Source: an uncultured Fidelibacterota bacterium
GTDB lineage: Bacteria; Fidelibacterota; Marinisomatia; Marinisomatales; UBA1611
Direction of reading: 5' to 3'
NCBI GenBank assembly: GCA_913040915.1
Contig: CAJWHW010000036.1
Coordinates: 1-12,755, forward strand
DNA length: 12,755 bases
This document shows, piece by piece, positions 1-6,906 of this stretch. Below the pieces are notes generated by a model. It saw nothing but the letters and a program-made list of their open reading frames with translations, was not told where the DNA came from and did no database searches. Each line of letters starts with the position of its first letter. Positions within the stretch are counted from its first letter, which is position 1. Made by a program: the position numbers and the translations under genes.

Positions 1-251
1 TTTACAGATGCTTTTAGGTATCCTTTTTGATCCAATGTTTGAAAGGAGTTATCAGGAAGATTCTTCTTTACATTATACATCTCACCAGTCTGAGTATCCA
101 TTATCCACCAATCACCATAACTGCCCTGGGCATAATAACAAAACTGATAAGTCCCCGCATCATTTGATGATAAGTCCTTCGCCCCTATAAAGACCATGAA
201 GGCAAAGGCAAATACGCCTCCAGTAAATAGCCCTTGTATGTATGATTTCAT
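1..251 (-). CDS. Small membrane-anchored/exported hypothetical protein, 3'-truncated by the window edge (not in the ORF track)
   Basis: Manual minus-strand translation from ATG 251 is open to base 1: MKSYIQGLFTGGVFAFAFMVFIGAKDLSSNDAGTYQFCYYAQGSYGDWWIMDTQTGEMYNVKKNLPDNSFQTLDQKGYLKASV... An AAGGA Shine-Dalgarno lies upstream. The N-terminus is homologous to that of the 4378-4629 ORF. Confidence 0.85.
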   Translation of the reverse strand, partial: MKSYIQGLFTGGVFAFAFMVFIGAKDLSSNDAGTYQFCYYAQGSYGDWWIMDTQTGEMYNVKKNLPDNSFQTLDQKGYLKASV

Positions 252-306
252 AATTATTTCCTTTTTTAATGTTAATCCATATTACAGAATAAGTGGGGCT
301 ACATTG

Positions 307-1026
307 TCATTTTTTATGCTCTAACATCCAATCATATATTTTTTTATTACTGTAAGTAATATCCCACGAATTATGATCAACGCCCTTGTAAATAGTGATT
401 TTGATATCAGGATTGATAGGCTTTAATATTTCATAAATAAGTTTCGAATTTTCGACAGGAACAACTTTATCCGAATCACCATGAAAAAGCCAAATGGGGA
501 TATCTTTTAATTTCTCTATTTCAGTCGTATCCATACCGCCACAAACTGGTATTATAGCTGAAAATAAATCAGGACGTTCTTTTGCAATTGCAAGGGTCCC
601 ATATCCGCCCATGCTTAGACCAGTTGCATAAACACATTCAATATCTACATTATAATTTTTTATAATTTCTTCTACTAAATATATTAATGTCTTAGTATAT
701 AGAGGTTCCGACCACCATTGAAATGCAGGACATTGGGGAGCTAAAGTAATAAATGGAAATTCTTCTCCATTATTGATCATTTTAGGAATACCGTGTAATT
801 CTACTAATCTCAGATCATCCCCTCTTTCGCCTGCACCATGCAAGAAAAGGACCAGAGGGAAATTTGCATTGGAAGCATGATAGTTATCTGGAAGATAAAT
901 ATGATATTTTAAACTAACCGGCATAGTAATACTGGTTAAAAACTCTTTACTGAACTTGCTCGTTATTTCTTTCCCCATCAATATACAATTCAATATGAAT
1001 AAACTTATGATTAAATAATACCTCAT
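307..1026 (-). CDS. Exported alpha/beta-hydrolase (phospholipase/carboxylesterase, COG4099-like)
   Basis: LFLHGAGERG oxyanion motif, GLSMGG nucleophile elbow (GxSxG), FHGDSDKVVP (Asp) and GVDHNSW (His). Hydrophobic N-terminus. ATG 1026 preferred over TTG 1032. Confidence 0.88.
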   Translation of the reverse strand: MRYYLIISLFILNCILMGKEITSKFSKEFLTSITMPVSLKYHIYLPDNYHASNANFPLVLFLHGAGERGDDLRLVELHGIPKMINNGEEFPFITLAPQCPAFQWWSEPLYTKTLIYLVEEIIKNYNVDIECVYATGLSMGGYGTLAIAKERPDLFSAIIPVCGGMDTTEIEKLKDIPIWLFHGDSDKVVPVENSKLIYEILKPINPDIKITIYKGVDHNSWDITYSNKKIYDWMLEHKK

Positions 1027-1031
1027 ATCCA

Positions 1032-1082
1032 AATCTAACTATTATCCTTTAAACAAAAAACTCAATGAATACGGGGTTTGAT
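1032..1082 (-). promoter_or_regulatory. Shared upstream element, copy A, ending in -10-like TAGATT 5 nt before ATG 1026
   Basis: By eye it aligns with 1641-1680 (32/40, one gap), 2962-2986 (22/25) and 4124-4174 (35/51, ungapped). Confidence 0.6.
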
Positions 1083-1095
1083 ATTTAAAAATTGA

Positions 1096-1608
1096 TTATT
1101 CAATATCGATATTGGATATCATATAAATTTTCCATTTTCTTATCCATCTTGTAAAAAAACTCCATACAACTTTGAAAATTGGTAAGTCGTACCCATCCCC
1201 TCTCATGAAATGATAAAGAACTCTTTCTGTTCTTAAGATATTTCCATCTTGGTCTAACCTGTTATAGGTAACATCAGCAACAGCTAAAAAGTTTTTCAAT
1301 GGGCCAGTTTGATTTATAATGACCGAGACTAAACCTGTCGAATGGAATTGCGCTATATCCTGATTTTTCCAATTTTCAAAAACAGCTCTAAATTCTTCAT
1401 CTGATCTAATGGTGACAGTCCTTTCTGAACCAAAATGAATATCAAATGGCATTGTTAGATGCTCTAGCATACCAGCTGGATTTTTATTATCTACTTCTGC
1501 CATGTAAGTTTGTAAAACATCTGAAATCTGTTTTTCATGTTTAAAAGATTTCTCTTCAGTCGCAAAAGTGATACAAAGACCAATGGCTAAAGCATATATA
1601 TTTTTCAT
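1096..1608 (-). CDS. Exported hypothetical protein, probable NTF2/SnoaL-like fold
   Basis: 170-aa ORF with a signal peptide (MKNIYALAIGLCITFA). Helix (ISDVLQTYMAEV), then beta strands (LAVADVTYNRLD, RVLYHF) and a terminal WKI strand, as in NTF2-like proteins. Confidence 0.65.
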   Translation of the reverse strand: MKNIYALAIGLCITFATEEKSFKHEKQISDVLQTYMAEVDNKNPAGMLEHLTMPFDIHFGSERTVTIRSDEEFRAVFENWKNQDIAQFHSTGLVSVIINQTGPLKNFLAVADVTYNRLDQDGNILRTERVLYHFMRGDGYDLPIFKVVWSFFTRWIRKWKIYMISNIDIE

Positions 1609-1640
1609 ATTATCAGTTTATGTTTACCCCTTTATGATTG

Positions 1641-1680
1641 AATCTACCCATCATCCTATAAATAAAAAAATTCCATGAAT
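1641..1680 (-). promoter_or_regulatory. Shared upstream element, copy B
   Basis: aatctacccatcatcctataaataaaaaaattccatgaat, 32/40 identical to 1032-1070. Upstream of the 1096-1608 gene. Confidence 0.6.
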
Positions 1681-1765
1681 CTGAAAAAAGTAAAGAAGAT
1701 ATGGTGCTTGAATTCACTTTTTCATTACTCTTATTCTTTTCTTTTGTTATTAATTAAATTGTGCT

Positions 1766-2122
1766 ATGTGCAAATATTTCAAATTCATTCTTATTCTACC
1801 TTTACTTTTTTTTGGTTGTGCAGAGGATGAAAAAGATTCTCTTCCATATATAGACGTTATTTGGATTAGTTTTGAAAAGACAGCGAGCTGCTACCTACCT
1901 GGTGTAGATGATAATTGGCCTGATGATTTTATTAATATATTTGGCCTTAATAGCACTGTTGACTATCCGCGACATCCAGATGGGTGTTATACTTTTCATA
2001 CATGTAAATATATTCATTACTATAAAAACCTCGGATATATTGAATATGAGCTAATTTCTAGTAATACTATAGATTCTAAAGATTTAACAGAATCCAGTAA
2101 TATTCAATACAAGGAAAAATAG
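1766..2122 (+). CDS. Putative lipoprotein, unknown function
   Basis: 118-aa ORF with a lipoprotein signal (KFILILPLLFFG-C). TAAATT at 1755-1760 lies 5 nt before the ATG. Confidence 0.7.
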   Translation: MCKYFKFILILPLLFFGCAEDEKDSLPYIDVIWISFEKTASCYLPGVDDNWPDDFINIFGLNSTVDYPRHPDGCYTFHTCKYIHYYKNLGYIEYELISSNTIDSKDLTESSNIQYKEK

Positions 2123-2215
2123 TTAATAGTTTAAACAGAATAACTGGTTATTATAATCGTTGCTTATAAAAATAATAAGCCCACAAATACAGGACTTGAG
2201 CTGGTTAGGAATTAA

Positions 2216-2956
2216 TTAAGAACCCGCAATATTATATTTTAATTCAATACCCTTTTTGGATTTGGAGTGGTAAAAATATTTAAACATAGAGTACATAGTT
2301 CCAATCCATGATTTTTTCTTGGATATCTCCATATTGTAGAGTTCCTTATCCGGGTAAAAAACCTTACAGTCAACTTGGCCAATGTCATCATAATTCTCTT
2401 TTCTATCTTCAATCGAACCTAATGAATCAAGACTTTTAATTTCTGTAAAAGGTTTTGTGAAAAGCATATACTCAGAAACACTGATACTGTTTTTCATCAA
2501 ACGATGTGCAAGAATAACATCCTGCCCTGCAATTTCCTTGAATTGATTAATTTTTTTTATTAAGAAATCACCAAAATGAACGAATGATTTTAATTTCAGA
2601 TTGCCAACATCTACGCAAGTACCGCAAGTACAGGCTTCACAGAATTTTATTTCGCTGAGCCGTTGATTGAACACTTCAAAGCTTGTTTGCAGTTTTTTGA
2701 TTATTTTATCCGATAGATTAACATTATCTTCAGAAACTGCGTAAAAAAGTGCAGCATCACCTTGAAGTTTATTTACTTGGAGTACACCATCTAGTTCATC
2801 GATGACCTTTTCGAGTAAATCACTTATAATATGTTCAGCATGGGCCTGCCCCAGAGATAATTTTTTGTTCACAGCTGAATCAATATTATGGCTACTAATA
2901 AAGTTTGTGTAACCGCTTATGTCTACTAGAACTATAAAACCTGTATGATTTTCCAT
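2216..2956 (-). CDS. DUF2652-family protein (class III nucleotide cyclase-like fold)
   Basis: LVDISGYTNF, KLQGDAALFY, CEACTCGTC, LKLKSFVHFG and GQDVILAHRLMKN are the DUF2652 signature blocks. ATG 2956 preferred over TTG 2959. Confidence 0.85.
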   Translation of the reverse strand: MENHTGFIVLVDISGYTNFISSHNIDSAVNKKLSLGQAHAEHIISDLLEKVIDELDGVLQVNKLQGDAALFYAVSEDNVNLSDKIIKKLQTSFEVFNQRLSEIKFCEACTCGTCVDVGNLKLKSFVHFGDFLIKKINQFKEIAGQDVILAHRLMKNSISVSEYMLFTKPFTEIKSLDSLGSIEDRKENYDDIGQVDCKVFYPDKELYNMEISKKKSWIGTMYSMFKYFYHSKSKKGIELKYNIAGS

Positions 2957-2961
2957 CAATT

Positions 2962-2986
2962 AATCTAACTATTATGCATTAACCAA
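2962..2986 (-). promoter_or_regulatory. Shared upstream element, copy C, overlapping the alkB 3' end
   Basis: The 14-mer aatctaactattat is identical to 1032-1045, and the match is 22/25 overall. TAGATT lies 5 nt before ATG 2956. Confidence 0.55.
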
Positions 2987-4102
2987 TTTTCTTTCTTGTT
3001 CATTGGCATAATTCAAATCCCAATCTATTAATTTTTTTACCATTATTTTTCTATATATAAATGGAGTAATTAATAGAAGGTATAACATCCCTAAGTAACC
3101 ATAAGGCAAAGTTGGAGCGCTTTCATCGCATGGATTCAATTCCCAAAATTTTAAATTGGACGCTCTATGGTGATCAGAATGTCTTGTTACATTGCATAAA
3201 TATAAACTGCTTAGACAATGGTTAGAATTCCAAGAGTGCCTCATTCGAATTGGTTTCCCTTTATCTCTAACCAAACCATAATGTTCAATATAATTTATTG
3301 CCTCTAAAAGTGATTTTGATAACACGGCAAGAAATAAAAAGAAAAATACTCCAGCCAGACCCCCAATGACAAAGGCTAATAGTGTGATGAATACACTTCT
3401 TAAATAGCCAATAATCATTCTATTATGAAAACTGAAAGCGTTAAGACCATTTCTCCTTAAACGACTTAATTCAAGCTCCCATCCACCAATCTGCTCTTTC
3501 GCAATAGCTTTTAGGATAAATAAATATATATTTTCTCCTCTTTTTCCCGTTGCCGGATCTTCAGGAAAACCTACATTTTTATGATGGCCATAAACATGTT
3601 CAATAGCAAAAGTACAATCCCAGGAAAAAGCAAGTAACCAATTCCCTACAAACATATCAAACTTATTTTTTTTTCTATGAGTCAATTCATGTCCAGGAAC
3701 AGTACCGATTATCCCAACAGACAAAGCAGTCTGGATGATGAGAGAAATTTTATCGATATTATGATAAGAATTTTTTATTTGTATAAAATCTATAAAAAAG
3801 AAAGAATTTAGAATATCTATATACCATTCAGATACATTGTGACTGAAAATGGAAACAATTAGTAATACCAAAATAAAAATGATAGGCAGGTTAATATATA
3901 AAGAGAGATTTAACAAAATTGGATAAGAAAACTTTTGAATTTCCTTATCTCTCGGAAGAATAAGATCCCCAATGATTAGAAATATTGAAAACCCAATCAA
4001 AAAATAAGTAGGGTAATTCTCACCCATTAATAATATTAGGATAAAGAGAATGCTCGTAATCCCTGGGATATAATATTTAAGGTATTTTAAAATAGCAGTC
4101 AT
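2972..4102 (-). CDS. alkB: Alkane 1-monooxygenase family integral-membrane di-iron hydroxylase
   Basis: All histidine boxes are present: HELTH, EHVYGHH, NYIEHYG (diagnostic HYG box), TRHSDHH, plus RHSWNSNH and APTLPYGY. Multiple TM helices. Start is ATG 4102 or TTG 4123. Confidence 0.9.
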   Translation of the reverse strand: MTAILKYLKYYIPGITSILFILILLMGENYPTYFLIGFSIFLIIGDLILPRDKEIQKFSYPILLNLSLYINLPIIFILVLLIVSIFSHNVSEWYIDILNSFFFIDFIQIKNSYHNIDKISLIIQTALSVGIIGTVPGHELTHRKKNKFDMFVGNWLLAFSWDCTFAIEHVYGHHKNVGFPEDPATGKRGENIYLFILKAIAKEQIGGWELELSRLRRNGLNAFSFHNRMIIGYLRSVFITLLAFVIGGLAGVFFFLFLAVLSKSLLEAINYIEHYGLVRDKGKPIRMRHSWNSNHCLSSLYLCNVTRHSDHHRASNLKFWELNPCDESAPTLPYGYLGMLYLLLITPFIYRKIMVKKLIDWDLNYANEQERKLVNA

Positions 4103-4123
4103 GATATCTTTATTTATTACCAA

Positions 4124-4174
4124 AAATTACAAATCATCAAATAAATAAGAAACACTATGAATATGGGGCTTAAT
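4124..4174 (-). promoter_or_regulatory. Shared upstream element, copy D, upstream of alkB
   Basis: 35/51 ungapped identity to 1032-1082, including ATGAATAYGGGG. TAATTT occupies the -10-like position. Confidence 0.5.
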
Positions 4175-4294
4175 TGTTTACAAATCGCTGCTTTTAAAAT
4201 AAATAAGACAAAATAATAAATTAGATTAGATTGTGTACACTTTAGATGGTGCTGTTCTACCTTTTAATGATTTAGAAAATTAAACTATGGTTTC

Positions 4295-4321
4295 ATCTAA
4301 CCATCCAATCATCCTAACTAG
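4295..4321. repeat. 27-bp imperfect direct repeat, copy 1
   Basis: atctaaccatccaatcatcctaactag, 22/27 identical to 4628-4654. Confidence 0.65.
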
Positions 4322-4377
4322 TTAAATTTTTTATTAATTTGTTCACAATTAAATTTTAGAAACAATAGGTGATAGTA

Positions 4378-4629
4378 ATGAAATCATACATAAAGGGTAT
4401 TCTAACAGGCAGTACTTTAGTTTTTTCATTTTTTGTTTTAACAGGACAAAAAACAGTAACTCCTGATGAGAATAGGAAGATGATAGATTCAATCATAACA
4501 GTAAGTGAAGCACAATATTCAATTTTAGAATTAGAAATAAAAAATTTGCATGCAAAAATATTTTCCCTTGAAAATGATGTTGTTGAATTTTCAAGAATTG
4601 TAGAAAAAGTGCTTCAATCTGCAGAATAA
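4378..4629 (+). CDS. Small membrane-anchored coiled-coil hypothetical protein
   Basis: AGGTGA Shine-Dalgarno (4367-4372) lies 5 nt before ATG 4378. Anchor MKSYIKGILTGSTLVFSFFVLTG, then a heptad-like helix (ILELEIKNLHAKIFSLENDV). Confidence 0.8.
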   Translation: MKSYIKGILTGSTLVFSFFVLTGQKTVTPDENRKMIDSIITVSEAQYSILELEIKNLHAKIFSLENDVVEFSRIVEKVLQSAE

Positions 4630-4654
4630 CTAATCATCCAAGCATCCTAGCTGG
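4628..4654. repeat. 27-bp imperfect direct repeat, copy 2
   Basis: aactaatcatccaagcatcctagctgg fills almost the whole gap between the 4629 stop and ATG 4657. Confidence 0.65.
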
Positions 4655-4656
4655 AA

Positions 4657-4965
4657 ATGAGAAAAATTAATGATAATGAATTATTCTTGCTTATACGGAT
4701 AGTACCATTATTTCTTTTATCATATTTCCAATTCTTATCCTGGAAACAAAGTGAATGGTGGCCAATTTTCCAATGGAGTGCCATAATAACCTCTACTATG
4801 GCATTAGTTATTTTCATTTTACATATAATGGAGTTAACGGACATTAATAAGAAAAATGAAGAGAACTCATCCAAGGTAGCAGTATTAATACATTGGTGTA
4901 TGATCTGGGCATTCGGATTCCACGGATTTAGATTCATAATAGAAGTTGTTGAATTAATCATATGA
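4657..4965 (+). CDS. Hypothetical membrane protein (about 3 TM helices)
   Basis: 102-aa ORF with three hydrophobic segments and a charged loop. Co-directional with the upstream gene. Confidence 0.6.
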   Translation: MRKINDNELFLLIRIVPLFLLSYFQFLSWKQSEWWPIFQWSAIITSTMALVIFILHIMELTDINKKNEENSSKVAVLIHWCMIWAFGFHGFRFIIEVVELII

Positions 4966-5062
4966 AAATCTTGATGAATTATATTAGAATTAAATATTCA
5001 ATATAGTTTAAAAAAAATGATGGTTACTGGTATCTCAGAAATAATTAAGTTGGTAAATATTC

Positions 5063-5167
5063 TTATTTTAACAATTACATCTTTTTAGTTCGTCTTAGAT
5101 ACCCAGCCTGCATGGTATATGAATATAATCCTGCACTAACTGGTTCAACTGTATCAATGGTAGGTGT
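5063..5167 (-). pseudogene. Relic of a C-terminal secretion-sorting domain (FlgD-Ig/T9SS type A-like CTD)
   Basis: Minus frame reads TPTIDTVEPVSAGLYSYTMQAGYLRRTKKM*LLK*. It has an in-frame TAA at 5077-5075 and no upstream body. It matches the recalled CTD pattern G-x-PVSAGxYxYxIQAG-x4-TKKMxLLK. Confidence 0.75.
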
Positions 5168-5171
5168 TTAG

Positions 5172-5657
5172 TTATATTGGTTTGACTTCAATTCCAGCAA
5201 TTTGGGATGCTTTCATTTCTTTTGCATACTTGGGATTAATCCATTGTTTATATTTAATGCTATAATCTTTACTGAATGGTTGAATACCCCCTCTTATGAC
5301 CATTTCACCGGCAGATAAGTCTTCTTCACTATCACTAACGAATATAGAAATCACATGTCCATTTTTATATTCTACATCAATAGAAGTCGATTTTATCTTC
5401 CATAATTTATTTGAAGATAAATTTACTCCTACAGCTTTTTGATATTTAGTGGGTTTCCAATCATTTATTGGTTTACCCAATATTTTCTCAATATTCTCAA
5501 TATCCATTGTTAAAAGAGATGGCACATTGAATCTTGAACGCGGTGGCACTTTGTACTCAATGGGCTTCTCATTTTTCTTTATTTCAGAAATATGTGAAGG
5601 GTTACAACCCCAATAAATCAAAAATAATAAAAATAATAATGCACGGATTTTTTTCAT
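5172..5657 (-). CDS. Putative lipoprotein, unknown function
   Basis: 161-aa ORF with a lipoprotein signal (MKKIRALLFLLFLIYWG-C). Confidence 0.78.
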   Translation of the reverse strand: MKKIRALLFLLFLIYWGCNPSHISEIKKNEKPIEYKVPPRSRFNVPSLLTMDIENIEKILGKPINDWKPTKYQKAVGVNLSSNKLWKIKSTSIDVEYKNGHVISIFVSDSEEDLSAGEMVIRGGIQPFSKDYSIKYKQWINPKYAKEMKASQIAGIEVKPI

Positions 5658-5692
5658 GAAAGCTTATAACAATAGGTGTTACAAATGTTATG

Positions 5693-6514
5693 TTATATAC
5701 TTACTCTACTCCCCATTGAATCACGGGTTAAATAATAGTCGATGTCAAAATCCGTGTTGCCAGTAAGGTATCGCCATAATTTGGCACGATTGATAAACTC
5801 GACCCGGGCCTCTTCGCCGAGCCAGGGCTGTCTTTTTTTGAGAATCTTTTTAATCCCCGGATCATCAATATCGTCTGTATTCCAATGTCGTTCCTGACTA
5901 CTTTTGGCATTTAGTCGTAGTTTATACATGTACCGGAATTTATCTGATTTATTGGACCGAGCGCTATGCCACAAATTGTGATGCAAGAACATCATGCATC
6001 CTGCCTTGCACACGGTTTGAATCTGCCCAATAATATTTTGATAGCGTCGCAAAGCAGTTTCATGTACCCGGCGAAAATGACTACCAGGGACAATTAGAGT
6101 GCCTCCCATTTCTTCGGTCACATCCTGAGGAAAGAATGAAATTTGGATATCAAAATGCCTTTGCCGCGAGTCATATTGAGCATCCTGATGTAAATCGTCA
6201 TTAAAGAACTGACCCGGCTCTGTAAGATGCGGATAATGATGATCAAACTCGCAATCGGGACCTAACAAGCTCTGAATGACACCTTTCACACGAGGAAGTT
6301 CAAAGATTTGCTTGAGAGGAGAATCATCCGGGTAAACATCAGAAAACGGTGTGCCTTCCAAATGCTCGGTCCCTTGAAAAGTAAGACCATCATCAATGTA
6401 TTTATGGGATGTTTCACATAATTCCCGGGGAACAATATCATCAAAACGCAAAAATCCATCTGCAACAAATTGTGCCATCTGGTTGGTATTGAGAAGATAA
6501 TTTTTATCAAGCAT
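5693..6514 (-). CDS. Phytanoyl-CoA dioxygenase (PhyH) family Fe(II)/2-oxoglutarate dioxygenase
   Basis: FVADGFLRF N-terminus, HQD (HxD), GGTLIVPGSH, distal LWH, and the 2OG-binding Arg strand (FRYMYKLR). Confidence 0.9.
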   Translation of the reverse strand: MLDKNYLLNTNQMAQFVADGFLRFDDIVPRELCETSHKYIDDGLTFQGTEHLEGTPFSDVYPDDSPLKQIFELPRVKGVIQSLLGPDCEFDHHYPHLTEPGQFFNDDLHQDAQYDSRQRHFDIQISFFPQDVTEEMGGTLIVPGSHFRRVHETALRRYQNIIGQIQTVCKAGCMMFLHHNLWHSARSNKSDKFRYMYKLRLNAKSSQERHWNTDDIDDPGIKKILKKRQPWLGEEARVEFINRAKLWRYLTGNTDFDIDYYLTRDSMGSRVSI

Positions 6515-6791
6515 CGATGTCCTCTAATTTTTCTAGTATGGTTTCATATTTAAGATAGGAAACCTGGTGCGGATCTTCCACCGGTTTATCCTGCAATGGT
6601 GAAACCTGCATCACACGCCAACCATCATGCATAGCTGCCAGCACTGTTTTGTACGGAGGCGCTGCATCAGTGCCAAATGCTTCAGTTGGCCTACCAGTTA
6701 CCCCATCATACAAGGACCAGGCAACAATGTCACTGGTAAAATCTGAATGGCTAGAGTAGAGAAAAAGAATTTTTTGTCGTTTGATGCTCAT
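6507..6791 (-). CDS. Conserved-looking 94-aa hypothetical, translationally coupled to the PhyH gene
   Basis: Its stop overlaps the PhyH start by 8 bp (ATGCTTGA). Motif-like segments WSLYDG and PPYxTVLAAMxDGWRVMQ. Confidence 0.8.
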   Translation of the reverse strand: MSIKRQKILFLYSSHSDFTSDIVAWSLYDGVTGRPTEAFGTDAAPPYKTVLAAMHDGWRVMQVSPLQDKPVEDPHQVSYLKYETILEKLEDIDA

Positions 6792-6861
6792 TTATAGCTC
6801 TAATAGTAGAATTAAATATATCAAAATATGTAAAAAAAGAACCATATACTTTCCATTAATG

Positions 6862-6891
6862 ATTTTATCATCCAAATGTTATCTGTGTCAA
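6862..6891 (-). promoter_or_regulatory. Sigma70-type promoter for the 94-aa/PhyH pair
   Basis: Minus strand TTGACA (6891-6886), 18-nt spacer, TAAAAT (6867-6862), with an extended -10 TGn. Confidence 0.7.
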
Positions 6892-6906
6892 TAGGAAGCG
6901 TTTTAC

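Noticed and set aside
8..190. 60-aa plus-strand ORF
   Set aside because: Antisense shadow of the better-supported minus-strand gene starting at 251, which has an SD and a paralogous N-terminus.
2139..2180. Inverted repeats AATAAC-TG-GTTATT and GCTTAT-N7-ATAAGC between convergent genes
   Set aside because: The 6-bp AT-rich stems lack a clear U-tract and are too weak to call a terminator.
1033..4327. Integron attC array (GTTAGAT cores at 1033-1039, 2963-2969 and 4295-4301; ATCTAAC...GTTAAAT at 4295-4327)
   Set aside because: No paired R''/L''/L'/R' hairpins of 57 bp or more, spacing too short, mixed gene orientation and no integrase. A -10 box explains TAGATT better.
4295..4654. CRISPR array from the 27-bp repeats
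   Set aside because: Only two degenerate copies 333 bp apart with a gene between them, and no cas genes.
4647..4961. 104-aa minus-strand ORF
   Set aside because: Mirror of the 4657-4965 membrane ORF, which has a more protein-like TM pattern.
4962..5089. Short plus-strand ORFs (14 and 23 aa) after 4965
   Set aside because: Too short and featureless, and the second overlaps the CTD relic on the other strand.
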